From assembly GCF_964204645.1 (NCBI RefSeq), contig NC_134027.1, positions 17,136,560 through 17,200,559 of the forward strand: a stretch of DNA of 64,000 bases, in the 5' to 3' direction. A program made the translations under genes and the position numbers. The stretch's first letter is position 1; each line of letters begins with the position of its first letter. Below the pieces are notes generated by a model. The model saw nothing but the letters and a program-made list of their open reading frames with translations. It ran no database searches and was not told the origin of the DNA. This stretch comes from Tubulanus polymorphus (lineage: Eukaryota; Animalia; Nemertea). Shown piece after piece: positions 11,654 to 24,731 of this stretch.

Positions 11654-13659
11654 TTCATAGATGCAGCGCAGGAGTAAGTCAAGTCGACACCGTACACTTT
11701 GGTGCAGCTGAAAAGTAGCGATGTCTTTCAGAATTTCTTTGACCTTTTTGGGCACAAAAATATTAACTTGCAGGTTTTGATTTCAGCTATCATAAGTTAG
11801 AACGAATCTGGAAAGATTTGCCGAACGTACCTTCGGTACGATAAACGAGATTTAATATTAGGCTAACTAGCTTTTCTAGTAATTTAAAACTGTCTTTATG
11901 TTGATAAATCATCCAAATGATAATTCAGGCGAGTTTGAATGTTTCTTAAAAGGTTGTTTTGTGATATTTCATTTTAGGTTTGTCGTGCTACGTGCCCGTG
12001 TTCACTTTCACGGAATGATTAACTCCACTACCAATGTACCACCCAGAAATTGACACATTGTCTCAGGGGGTGTGTTATGATTATTGAAAGAAATTTTGAA
12101 TGTATAGGGTTTTTCTAAGTCGGACCTCGCCGCAGTAGGCCTACTTTCAACTTCCCGATTCCGACTCCTGTTCCTAGCTTGAAATCGAGAAACAACAGTC
12201 AACCGTCCTTTAGTTGTGGTTAGAGTTAGACTACAAAAATAAAACCGAATTATTTCAGTATCTTTAGATGCACTTGACGTAGATGCTGATTTAATATTCC
12301 GCGTAGGAGAGAATTAGTAGTTTTCAGAAAACGGTTGCTTATTCAAAGTTGGACTTCTAAGTCGGGGTATATTTCTTGGTCTCAAACTACACGTGGACCG
12401 ACAGTTTACGCACGGTCTACCGTTCTCTGCATTGGGCACGGGCGAATAGCTCTGTACTCTTCCACATCTCCTTCCTTACTTTTTGCCATGAAGGTACTAC
12501 AAAAATTGCAGACCTGGCAGGAACCGATTTCAAATTGTATTTCAGTTTGCAAATTAAGAATCATTCCAGCTGCCGCACACGGCACCGAAAAACTTTTTTT
12601 CCTCGTGAAAAAACGTTTTCGATGTTCTTTTGTTATGCCGTGTGCGGGAGAGGCAAAACAAAATGCCGAACTTAAAAACGTTTTCTGTTTCGGCGAAACA
12701 AATGTTTTGCCGTGTGCGTTGGGCTTTAGCCGAAACAAAAACTGGTTGATGTCAAATGATAACTCACATGACAACTTACAGTTTATTTCTATTATAAGTT
12801 GCACTGATTTTGGTTCTATGTGCATTAGATATAGGTTTTAAACCCCTTGATTCACATTAAATATAGGATACGAAATCCATTTATTACGATAATTTTCCGT
12901 TAGGCTTTAGAAGGCACCATGGTGCTTTCTAAAATGATTTTGTTTTGGTGTAGGGCCGGTAGGCCTACTGTTAATTAATAACATTAAATCAAAGAAATGG
13001 ACAACAGCTCAAACATATTTCTGATATCGTACGATGATTTTAATAATTGAAAATTGGGCCAGGTGAGAATCAAAATTGCGTTGTCACCATCAATTAAAGT
13101 ACATGTATATAAATCGTTTAATTTGGCTCGGTTTACATTCGGATTTTCACATATTTCGGACTAAAATTCAAGTCCGTTAACTAGGTTATTTCTGTTCAAA
13201 TGAAAATACATTATTCGCATTTCGTTCAAATGACACAATTTCCCATCACCTGCTGGTGATCCGAATTTAGCGAATTTTCTAGTCTTATGAGCAACGTAAA
13301 TCGTTTTTATTTTGATTATTTTCCAGTTGTTGCTTTTTATGTATTTTGCTATACATTTTTCTTATTGATAAACTAAATTTCAAACGTGAAAAAGTATTAC
13401 TGTATTATTTCGATCTTCACTCAGAGGTTCAGTCGTGGGGTAGATGGTCCAATTCTCTGAATTCCATGTATTCTATTCTCCACGGCCAGAACCAAAAATC
13501 AAACTTTTGGGGTTTAATCAAACAATGGCAATTACGTAGCATGAGTGGAAATTACAGTTGGAAGCGCTGATTCTACACCCGCTATGAACAGACCGCAAAG
13601 TAGGTATAAATTGCGCCCGAAGCATAATATAGGATACGAACCTACTCACACTCTATGGC

Positions 13660-15570
13660 ATTAGCTCGTCAAAAACTGATAAGATAAATAGTAATTATAA
13701 CAATCCTAAGAGGTTGTCGGAAATTATAGATAACCTCCTAAACCGCAAATGTACTACTCATTTACCATCGTGTTCCTCCAAGACTGTACTCGCCAACAAC
13801 TTTGCTAATTTCTTTCAAGTAAAGATAACCAACATCAGGGACTTGATTATCCTAGTCCTTCCACTACAGTCTTGGACGAACCCGAATTCAATGGTATTCA
13901 CTTGGATGAATTTAAGTTGGTTACAGAGGCTGAGCTGGCCAAATTTATAATGCAGTCTCCTTCTAAGCATTGTAAACTCGATGCCATTCCTATATGGCTG
14001 TTAAAAGCAGCTCTACCATACCTCATTCCGTTTTTTACTGTTATGATTAACAAACGTCTCGAGTCAGGTGTCTTTCCGGACTCTTATAAAGTTGCATATA
14101 TTCATCCACTTTAAAAAAAACCTAGTCTTGATGTTGAATGTCTCAAGAATTACCGACCAGTGTCTACTCTGCATTTCATATCAAAAGTAATGGAGCGAGT
14201 AGTAGCTTATCAGCTTAATCAACATCTTCAAAATAATGGTTTACATGAGGTTTACCAGTCGGCTTATAAGTCAGGTTGTAGTACAGAGACTGCTCTTGTA
14301 CGTGTTCAGAATGATATTTTGATGTCAATTGACCAGGGTATGGTAGTCGGGCTGGTTATGCTCGATTTGAGCGCCGCCTTCGACACTATTGACCATGATA
14401 CTCTACTCGCTCGTGTTAAACACCGAATTGGTCTGTCAGGTACTTGCTACCAATGGTTAGAATCTTACCTTACTGATCGCTATCAAACTGTTTGTATAGG
14501 CGACTCTAAGTCTGAACCATGTTTACTCAAATTTGGTGTACCGCAGGGGTCTGTTTTAGGTCCACTGCTGTACACCATTTACGTTCTTCCTATTGGCGAT
14601 ATCGTAAGGAAATTCAATTTAGATTTTCATTTTTATGCAGATGATTCACAGTTGTATATCAGGATAAAACCAAAAGTTAACGAATTGGTGTCCAAAAATA
14701 ATCTCCAACTTTGCTATACTGAACTTAAACATTGGATGGATTTAAACTTTCTTCAGGCAAACGGTGACAAAACCGAGTTCTCCCTAATTGGCTCTCCATC
14801 ACAGCTTACTAAGCTTCGCACATTTGATCTCAATCTTGATGATGCTGAAATTACTTCATCCCACTCCTTACGTAATCTCGGCGTCATTTTTGATCAGAAC
14901 ATGTCCATGGTAAAACATGTAAACCACTTATGCTCTGTAGCTTACTATCACCTTAGAACCATTAGTAAGATCAGACAGTTTTTGAATTAAGGAATTGCTG
15001 AACGCCTTATTCACGCTTTTGTGACAACTCGCCTTGACTAATGCAACTCTTTATTCTTTGGCCTCCCTGACAACATTTTAGATAAATTATAACGTGTTCA
15101 AAATTCTGCTGCCCGGATCCTGACTCGAAACTCAAAATTTTGTCACATAAGACCGATTCTACATGATCTGCATTGGCTTCCAATCAAATACCGCATCCAA
15201 TTTAAAATCTTGATCCTTACTTATAAATCCTTGAATGGTCAGGCCCCACAATATTTGAAATCATTAGTGCAATACAAGGCATCCTCCAGTGTCCTTCTAG
15301 TCATCCCTCGTGTCAATCTAGTCTCTGCGGGTCACAGGGCCTTTTCTTACTCCGCCCCACTACTTTGGAACTCCTTACCAGATGCAATTTAATCTAATCC
15401 TTCTACTGATGTTTTTAAATCGCAACTTAAAACCCATTTGTTCACTAAAGCTTTTAACTAATGATGTAAATTGTTTCTTCTATCTTTATGTTTAAATTGT
15501 GTCTTTATATTGTAAAGCCAATGAGCATATTTTATATGGATTTTAGGCTCAATAAATTATTATTATTAAT
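13660..15570 (+). mobile_element. L2-clade LINE, 5'-truncated, RT pseudogene
   Basis: LDLSAAFDTIDH, GVPQGSVLGP, YADD, LHWLP, AFSYSAPLLWNSLP; AATAAA plus (TTA)n tail at ~15551-15570; stops and frameshifts. Confidence 0.92.
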
Positions 15571-15636
15571 TGTTATTAAAAGATTCCGTTCGCAGGCAAA
15601 CATCAACCAGTTGCATTCAGACTAGCATTGAGGGTC

Positions 15637-16037
15637 AGTAATAGGGGTTTAGTTGTTCTAAGCCAAAGGTCGAACGGTCGAGAAATTTTCCAAATGTGAA
15701 AATAACAATAATTTCTACTTGAATTAGTCGCGCACACTCCTAATGCAAGTAGAAATTATTATTATTTCACATTTGGAAAATTTCTCAACCATTCAACCTT
15801 TAACCTAGAACAACTAAACCCCTATTACTCTTAAAATATTAATATATAAACAAAATTTACATGAATAACATATAAATTGATAGATTATTCAATATAAAAG
15901 TAACGAGTAATTAACGAGCTCTTATAGAATAGATATATAGATATATTTTAAACATATTTCAATATTTATATTTGTATGAGTTAGATTTTTAAACATTAAA
16001 AGTGTTAGTAAAGTGTGATTGAAATAATTCATATATA
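15637..16037 (+). repeat. Left TIR (first 193 bp self-complementary)
   Basis: Reverse complement of 38605-39005, with about 4 substitutions seen by eye. Confidence 0.95.
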
Positions 16038-16085
16038 AATCATTGAACTTCTAAAATCAATTTTAATAAAAAATTTAGTATTAAA

Positions 16086-19000
16086 ATGGAAGCAAATAAG
16101 TACTACTGTTCAACATGTAATATCAATATAGATAAATCCCAAAAAGCAAGACACAATAAAACTAAAACACATTTAGAGAATAAATTGAAATTAGAATATG
16201 AAGATGATAGATTAGAAACTAAATTAGAAGAATTAAAGAATGAAAAAGAAACAAACAAATGTGATACATGTAATGAATCATTCAGTGATAAAAGATATTA
16301 TAAAGAACATTTAAAATCTAAAAGTCATATTGGAAATATGAATAATGATATTTTAGGTGAGGATTATTTTGATGAAGATAATGATAAGAAACATAAGACA
16401 ATTAAAAGAATAAGAAATAAATTAAACAATAAAAGACCATACATGGAAGATGTAAGAAATTATATTAATTCATTATATAATAAAAAAGATATAAAGATAA
16501 CCGAAGCATTTAAAAGTGATATTGGTCCAGCAGCTATTGAGTTTAAATTTCATAAAGGTAAAACATTAGAAGAAAATAAAAAACATTTAGAAAATATGAA
16601 AAATATTATAAAGATAATTACTGATGTTGAATACCCTAAAATTAGTATATCTTCTAAAGTAAAGTTTATAAAATCTGAAGATAAACCAATATATAATATA
16701 AATTCTCATTCACAACATATTATATCTAAACAACATATAGATGAAAAATTAGATAAATGTTATAATGAAGTAAAAACTAAAATAGAAGAGAAATATTTTG
16801 AAGGATCAGGTTTAATATTTGATGAAATAATATTTATGACTTTACATGTTTATAACACAAAATATAATAAGTTTTCTAAATCGAAACCAATAGATGAAAA
16901 TAATGTATCATATTATAAAGAACCAGATATTGAAGCATCGAGTTATATTAAACTACCATTTAAAACTAATGCCGTTACAAATGTACAAAATTTTGATGAT
17001 AAATGTTTTCTATGGGCTATAATAAGTTGCTTACACCCAGTTGAAGATTATAAACAACATAGTTTTAGATTAACACATTATAAACCATTTGAAAATAATT
17101 ATAAGATAGATAAGTATCCTGTTAGAATTAAAAATATCCCAAAAATAGAAAGAGATAATAATTTAAGAATAAATGTATTTGATTTAATCAAATTGCCAAA
17201 TACAAAAGGTAATAATATAAAACATTATACATTAGAACCTTTATACCTATCAAAAGATTATGATTCAAATGATGTTATAGATATATTATATTATGAAAAT
17301 CATTATATGTGGATTAAAAGAATTGATTTATTTTTTAAATCAGAAAATGATTTTGATAATAAAATATATCTATGTAGAAAATGTTTACATAAATTCAGAA
17401 CTGAAAGTGCATTATTAAATCATAAACAATTATGTGAAAATCATGATTATTGTAAATTAGTTTTACCAAATGAAAAGAACAAAATATTAGAATTCAAAAA
17501 ATATGATTAAAAAATAAAGTACCATTTGTAATATATGGAGATTTTGACTCATTAAATAAAGAATTAACTGATCAAGATAGAAAAGAAATATATTATAAAA
17601 GAAAGAAATTAAATTCTAATGAAAATGATTTTTCAGATGAACCACCAAAAACAAATACAATTAAAAAGATTCATCAATCAGCTGCAGCTTTTGGATTATA
17701 TATTAAATCTGATTATCCAGAACTAATTGAAAGTGAGTATTATCATTATAGAAATGAAAATGTTATCAATCATTTTTGTGACTTATTAATTGAATATGAA
17801 ATAAAATTTAATGAAAAGTAAAATAAAAATATAGAAATTATAATGACAGAAGAAGATAAAGAAGCATTTGAGTTTGCAGATAAATGTTATTATTGTGAAA
17901 AGATATTTAATTATAAAGATAAAAAAGTAAGAGACCATGATCATTTGAATGGAAAGTTTAGAGGCGCTGCACATGAGAATTGTAACTTAGAAGCTAAGAA
18001 AATTAATTTTATACCAGTTATATTTCATGATCTATCAGAATATGATGCACATTTATTTATCAAACAGTTATGTCATAAAATAGAAGAAATCAATAATGAA
18101 ATAGAAAGATTAAATTCAAATAGATCAAAATATAAAATACCAACTTATAAATTTAAAATGTTAGCTAGAACATCTGAGAATTATATATCATTCCAATTTG
18201 GTTGCCTAAGATTTATAGATTCATATAGATTTTTAAATAGTTCATTAGATAACTTATCAAAATCATTAGTTGATGACGAATTAAGAATATTAAAGCAACA
18301 CTATCCAAATATTGATGATTTTCAATTAATGAGATATAAAGGAGCGATTCCATATTCTTTCTATAAAAATCATAATGATTTTAACATAACTGAATTATTA
18401 AAAGAACAATTCTATGATGAATTAAAAAATGAATATGTTAAAGATGAAGTCTATAATTGAATATTTGGAATCATTTTGGAATGAAAAATCATGGACAATT
18501 AGTAGATTTATATCTAAAATCAGATGTATTATTATTATCGGATATATTTGAAAGGTTTAGAGATGTAAACCTAAAATATTTTAATATTGATCCTTGTCAT
18601 TGTTATTCTAGCCCAGGTTTAACATGGGATTGTGGATTAAAATTTACAGATATAAAAATGGATTTGTTAACAAATATAGATCAATTACTATTATTTGAAA
18701 AATCTATAAGAGGAGGTGTTTCAGGTGTATTAGGGGATAGATATTTCAATGTAAATAATAACCCTGGATATAAGTTATTATATATAGATGCAAATAATAT
18801 GTATGGTTGGGCAATGATGGAACCACAACCTTATGGAGTATTTGAAATAAGTGAAGTTTTACAACGTGAAAATAATGATAAATTTGATTGGAAGAAAAGA
18901 ATTCTAGATATTGCAGATGTTTCAGATACCGGTTACTTCTTTGTTGTAGATTATGAATATCCTGAACATATTAAATTTAAATCTAGAAATCTAGCTTACT

Positions 19001-19981
19001 GTCCCGAACATAAAACTGTAACTCATGGTTCTAAAAAAAGTACATAGATATATTTCATTTAGTCAATCTAAATGGTTAGAAAAAATAGATTTTAACACCA
19101 AACAGAGAACTAAAGCTAAAACTGATTTTGAGAAAGATTTCTTCAAGTTAATGAATAATGCATTCTATGGTAAGACTTGTGAAAATATTAGAAATAGAAA
19201 TGATATCGAGTTAGTTAGACATGGTAAAAGTATAAGACATTTACAAACATATCCTAAATTAATTGATAACAGAATATTTGATGAAAATTTAGCTGCAGTT
19301 AAAATGAGAAGAACTTCTATGAAATTTAATAAACCAATTTATGTTGGTGTTTCAGTTTTAGAAATATCAAAGCTATTGATGTATGAATTCTATTATAATG
19401 TATTACAACCTCATTTTGGAGAAAAACATATATAAATCTTATATTTTGATACCGACAGTTACATATTAAAGATAAAAACTAATAACATAACTGATGATTT
19501 AAAAACATTAAAACATCATTTTGATTTCAGTAACTATCCTAAAGATCATGAATTGTTTAGCAATGATAATAAAAAAGTTCCCGGTAAATTCAAAGATGAA
19601 TTAGGTGGCGAAGAAATGATAGAGTTCATAGGTATTAGATCTAAAAGGTATTCATATAAAACTAAAGAACATGAAGCTAAAAAGTTGAAAGGAATTACTA
19701 AAAGTGTAGTAGAAAAGAATATTCATTTCAAAGACTACATCAATTGTATATTCAATGAAGAAGTTAGAAAGCATAAGATGAAATGTTTAAGATCTGAAGA
19801 TCATGAAATGTTTATTGAAGAAATTGAGAAGATAAGTTTGAATCCATTTGATGATAAAAGATATATTTTAGATGATGGAATTCATACAGTTGCTTATGGT
19901 TGTAATTTAGATGAATACTTAAAATTTAAAAGAGAAGAAACAAAAGAGAACGAGATAATGAAAAGAATTCTAACGTGTTAA
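16086..19981 (+). pseudogene. polB: Protein-primed family B DNA polymerase with Zn fingers, OTU-like protease and endonuclease VII-like insert
   Basis: DDKCFLWAI...ENHYMWI; YGDFD; DHDH..HENCN; FIDSYRF; YIDANNMYG; KLMNNAFYGK; YFDTDS; KGI; several frameshifts and a deletion near 19025. Confidence 0.95.
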
Positions 19982-20010
19982 TCAAATTTTAATAAAGATA
20001 TGTTATTAAA

Positions 20011-20361
20011 ATGAAGAGAAAACCAGCAAACAGTGAGAACAAATTATTTCTAGATAGAATAAAAGATACTTCAAATGTCAAATCAGTAGATTATAAATTT
20101 AAGAAGTTAAAAGAATTAATAATCCATAAGAAATATCTAATTACAAATATTGATACAGTTACTAACAAATATGGAGATAAATTAGTTATACACTTAGAAT
20201 ATGAAGGATTAAAAGGAAATACATATAAATTCAGAACATATTTACCGGATAGATTTCAAAGATTATCAAGTGAAGATCTAGAAGAATTATGTTCTGGTGA
20301 TTTCTATTTCGTATACAAAGGTAAGAATGAAAAAGGGCACCATGAAATAGATTTCGAATAA
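20011..20361 (+). CDS. 116-aa Polinton protein (possibly OB-fold-like)
   Basis: Intact; paralog at 11119-11472. Confidence 0.7.
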   Translation: MKRKPANSENKLFLDRIKDTSNVKSVDYKFKKLKELIIHKKYLITNIDTVTNKYGDKLVIHLEYEGLKGNTYKFRTYLPDRFQRLSSEDLEELCSGDFYFVYKGKNEKGHHEIDFE

Positions 20362-20378
20362 GAAAATGTGTAAAATAA

Positions 20379-21149
20379 ATGGAAAAATTAAAAGAATACA
20401 GAATATTTGTTGATTCAAGAAGGCTTACAAATTATAAATCACATAATTTACTAATACAATTAGATAGAGAATTCAAGAATTGTGTTGATTTAAAATTAGT
20501 AAATATAAGTTTATGTAATTCTTTTTACAATGTATCGGATAAAGCTATTGAACATAGAGTCTTTTTAATTCATGATAGAAATAAAAGTAAATGGTTTCAT
20601 CTTTATCTTAAACGAGGATTATATAATTTAGATACATTAGCGCAGGAAATTAATAGAAGAGCTCGGTTAAAAATGGGTGCATGTGCTGGATTTGGATTAA
20701 GACTGATTAAAAGTGATAGCTCCGATAAAATAAGAATACAATTAGGTAATGAAGATCAACATCAATTTCTAGTTAAAAAACCTTTAGCTAAAATTTTAGG
20801 AATAACCCCAGATGTAAGGATACGCAATGCTGATGCTACACAAAACTTAATACCTTTTACACACTTTTATATTTATTGCAATTTAATTGATCCTACAAAA
20901 ACATTCGAAGCAACTAAAGATATAACTTGTAATTCTGGTTTATTAAACATTTCACCATTGAAGAATGTTAAAGAATTTGGAACGCAAATAAATTATAATT
21001 TAGCCGAGTGTGATTTCAAACCATGCATTCCTCAATTTAATAATTTTAAATTAGAAATAAGAAATCAATATGGATATTTAATTGATTTGAATAACTTTCC
21101 TGTGATATATGAATTAGTTATAAGATGTAGAGAGTATTTTTTTCATTAA
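20379..21149 (+). CDS. Minor capsid (penton-like single jelly-roll) protein
   Basis: N-terminal IFVDSR, NSFYNV, GLYNL, YIYCNLI, C-terminal LEIRNQYGYLIDLNN pattern typical of Polinton/PLV minor capsids. Confidence 0.75.
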   Translation: MEKLKEYRIFVDSRRLTNYKSHNLLIQLDREFKNCVDLKLVNISLCNSFYNVSDKAIEHRVFLIHDRNKSKWFHLYLKRGLYNLDTLAQEINRRARLKMGACAGFGLRLIKSDSSDKIRIQLGNEDQHQFLVKKPLAKILGITPDVRIRNADATQNLIPFTHFYIYCNLIDPTKTFEATKDITCNSGLLNISPLKNVKEFGTQINYNLAECDFKPCIPQFNNFKLEIRNQYGYLIDLNNFPVIYELVIRCREYFFH

Positions 21150-21153
21150 ATAA

Positions 21154-21490
21154 ATGAATATAACTGTTGGACGAGTATATGTTTTGGGTTCGATTTTAAA
21201 CATGCTAAAGAAATAAGAATTAAACTAAATGATGTAATTACTGATATAAAAAGTTAATCATTTAACAATGCATCAATGATTAATAAAGAAAATTATAATT
21301 TAGAAAAAGTAATTGATTTAATTAAAACGCCTTTAGAATATTATGAATTAAATGAAGATGGAATTATTGATTTATTAAAAACATATTAACCAAAATATAT
21401 GATAATCATAAAAGTAGTAATGAAATAAATGTTGAATTAATCATCACTAAGATAACTAAATATTTTGAAGATAGTAATTTTTTTGATAAA
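21154..21490 (+). pseudogene. Small unknown ORF, decayed
   Basis: Paralog of ~490-820; TAAATG start. Confidence 0.55.
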
Positions 21491-21493
21491 TAA

Positions 21494-21715
21494 ATGAGTG
21501 ATAATAAGTGGATAATTACTGGATTATATAATGGAGCATTACTATCAGTTGCAACTGTTGGTTATCCAATGGTATTTAAAAAAGTATTTAAAATGGGAAG
21601 TGTTAATGTTGATAGATTTGATATAAATGATATCTTAAAATTAACATTAGCAGTTACTTTATCTAATTTAACTATTGATTATTTGGAAAAACAAAAATAT
21701 ATTCCTCCTATATAA
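21494..21715 (+). CDS. 73-aa hydrophobic protein
   Basis: Intact in two copies. Confidence 0.75.
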   Translation: MSDNKWIITGLYNGALLSVATVGYPMVFKKVFKMGSVNVDRFDINDILKLTLAVTLSNLTIDYLEKQKYIPPI

Positions 21716-21739
21716 ATAAATAATTATTTTACTAAATTA

Positions 21740-22158
21740 ATGGCTTCTGCAGTTATAACTATTATAGGATCGGCAATTGTTAACGCTTTAGCATTTACTG
21801 GTGGTGGATATTTATTTAAGCATATTGATAAAAAGGGATCATTAACAGAACAAAAAAGACATAACTTGGCATTAGAGTAATGCAATAAAGCTGCAGAAGA
21901 ATATAGAGAAAAGAGACAAAACTATAGGGATTATATTAACAAGGAATTATATGATCAGAAGATTTCACATAGAGATTTTCAATCAGTTGATGATGCAATG
22001 AGTTTATATAACGCGGTAACCAATAAAGAAAAATTACATCTATACAAACCTAAATTATCAGATTATTATACCCCAAGTAAAGAACAACAGAAATATGAAA
22101 TAATATGGATTTTAGGTGGAACATTTATTGTTGTATTTGTAGCGTATTGATTTACTAA
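21740..22158 (+). pseudogene. ~138-aa membrane protein (MASAVITIIGSAIVNALAFTGGGYLF...)
   Basis: Hydrophobic N- and C-termini; in-frame stops; paralog at 1077-1464. Confidence 0.7.
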
Positions 22159-22182
22159 TTAGTAATTTTTTTTGCTAAATAA

Positions 22183-22605
22183 ATGGATGATAATATTGAT
22201 ATTATTCCTCATGATATAAATAAAACTAAACTAAAAATATATTTAGAAAAACAAATATTAGAATTTGAAAGTGATTTAAAAGTTAAAAAGAAAAAATATT
22301 TAAAAAGTAAAATTATATATTATTTGATTATAAGTGGTTCGGTTACAATTAGTTCTGTAATAACATTTCTAGCAATATTTTCACCATTAACACCTTTAGC
22401 TATATCAATTGGCGTATTAGGATTAAGTTCAAGTGTTTTAACTGGTATAAGTTCAAAATTAAATATAAAAAGTAATAAAGAAAAAATTAAAACTAATATA
22501 AAAGAAATTAATAAATTAAAGAATACACTAGATTATATAATAAGTTTAAATGGCGGTATAACAGTTGAAGAACAAGATAAATTATTAAAAGAATTAATAA
22601 ATTAA
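22183..22605 (+). CDS. 140-aa two-TM/coiled-coil protein
   Basis: Two hydrophobic segments; paralog at 1494-1850. Confidence 0.75.
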   Translation: MDDNIDIIPHDINKTKLKIYLEKQILEFESDLKVKKKKYLKSKIIYYLIISGSVTISSVITFLAIFSPLTPLAISIGVLGLSSSVLTGISSKLNIKSNKEKIKTNIKEINKLKNTLDYIISLNGGITVEEQDKLLKELIN

Positions 22606-22624
22606 CAATTTTTTGATTATATAA

Positions 22625-23955
22625 ATGGTAGATAGTTTTCCAAAAGCTTTCTAATATAATGAATCAATTAAATATAATATTCCTGCAATAGATTTTAATA
22701 AAGATATTTCATATAGAAATGAAGTTTTAAATTCATTAATTGATTTATATATTTATGTTACTGAAACTAATTATTTTAATGTTAAGATGGAAAATATATT
22801 TCATGTGTATGCAATTAATTTCAAAAATTTAAATAAGGCAAAACAATGGTTATTGAAATCTAATATGAAGTATTGGCAGAACCAATTAAATTTTGCTGTT
22901 TATTGCGCAACAACAGGATGTGGAATTAGTTGGAATGATCATTTAAACAAACCAAGTTTACCATTGATGTTATCACTTTTTAGATTTCATACTTATTTTC
23001 AAATAAAATTAATATTAGATGAATTAGAATGTCCATTACCAGGTTCAAAATATTTTAAAGAATTGAATAATAATATTAATTTTCCTAAGTTTTATAAAAT
23101 ATGTAATGAATTTAATATTAATTCGAATAAAGATTTTTGAGCAAAAATTGGAACAATGGGTGGATTAGGAATATTATATACTAAAGAATTTGGAAAAATA
23201 ATGACAAATTCAGATATAAGAACACTAAATTGGAATGAATTACCAAAATATTATAATAATATACAACAACAAAATAATAATGGTTGGGTTTATTTCATTT
23301 TAGAAAATAGTGAAGGTTTTACTAAAGCTGGTATACAAAGAATAAATCAATCTATTAGAACTTATTTCATATGTATTTTAGGTGCGCAAGTTGAAACAAG
23401 ATCCCCAATAATTGGAAATGATAACACTTCATTCGATGCGCAGAAACAATTCAAAGTATTATTTGAAGATTCAATTCATAATGATAAAAATAGATCGATT
23501 CCAAAAAACATTGTAAGATATCAAAATTATTTAGATAAATCTCATGTAAGACTAAATTATTGTATAGGTCCTAATCTATTAATTATTTCTAATGATTTAG
23601 CATTAAAGATGGGAAATATAATTGGTTATAGTAATCTAATTAAAACTGCAACAATAAATAATTCATTTGGATTGAATGATATAAATAAAAAAATTATTAC
23701 TGCTCCAAAATTAATGGAAGGTGAAAAAAATAAAAAACATATTCAATCAACAGAAACTAAAACTAAGAATATTAAATTAAATGATTCTAAAATAAAAGAT
23801 TACAATACATCAGAAGATATTAAAACTGATAATACTCAACATGAAATAATAAAACTAAATGATGATGATAAATTTTATGAGATTTCATGAAAATGCTAAA
23901 TTAGCTATAACTTGTATAGGAATTGTTATAGGAGGAATATTATATTTTAAATTTT
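22625..23955 (+). pseudogene. ~440-aa conserved unknown protein with C-terminal TM anchor
   Basis: WQNQLNFAVYCATTGCGISW; present in three copies in the window; internal stops. Confidence 0.8.
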
Positions 23956-24731
23956 AATTTTTTATTATATAAATGGAAGAAGATATTCCAATGGATACTT
24001 TTGATGAACCCGGTATAAGTGATGAACCACAACCTGATTTTAATGAAACTAATATTGATAATGATGATGAATCAGCATATAATTCTAATTTAGCAGATAG
24101 TGGTGCTAAAGGCCCATCAACAGATGAATTTGATAGAAGAACTAGATCGAGAATAAATCCTGAAAATGAAAATCAAGGTTTATCAAGACAAGATTTAGAA
24201 TATAATAAAATTATTTATAAATTACAACCTGTATTTGAAAATTCTGGATATAATATAAATGCTAGAGGTGTTAGACTTTTAGTAAGAGAATTAAAACTTT
24301 AAGATAATGGTGAATATTATTATCATTTGAAAGATGATTATTATATTAATATCACTTATAAAAATCAAGTTAAAATATTAGCGGAATCAACTTTGGAAAA
24401 ATTAGAATCAGATAGAATTAAAAGAATAAGTATTAGTAATGAAATAGAAAATGTTACACAAGAAGAAATAAATCAAAATAAAATAGTATTTAAACAAAAA
24501 CATTAATGACTTATTTAAAACAATCAATAATAATTTAGAACCAGAAATGGAAGAGTATGGAGATCGATTAGATAAATTAAGATCTTCAACGCCCGAAACA
24601 TCGAGAAGAGGTATTCAACAAATGGGGCTCGCCGTCGCTATGGACACCAGGTGGCGTGTGTGCGTTAGTAGCCATCGCGTATCGACTTCCGCTCACTTCC
24701 GCGCTCGATTTCCTACTTTTAAATTGTAATA

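Noticed and set aside
12335-12841. Three overlapping ORFs with short inverted repeats (CCGCACACGGCA/TGCCGTGTGCGG)
   Set aside because: No recognisable motifs; likely a non-coding TE fragment whose ends I could not define
16086-19981. Programmed frameshifting or split polymerase genes
   Set aside because: Breaks differ between copies and include deletions; decay or homopolymer sequencing error is simpler
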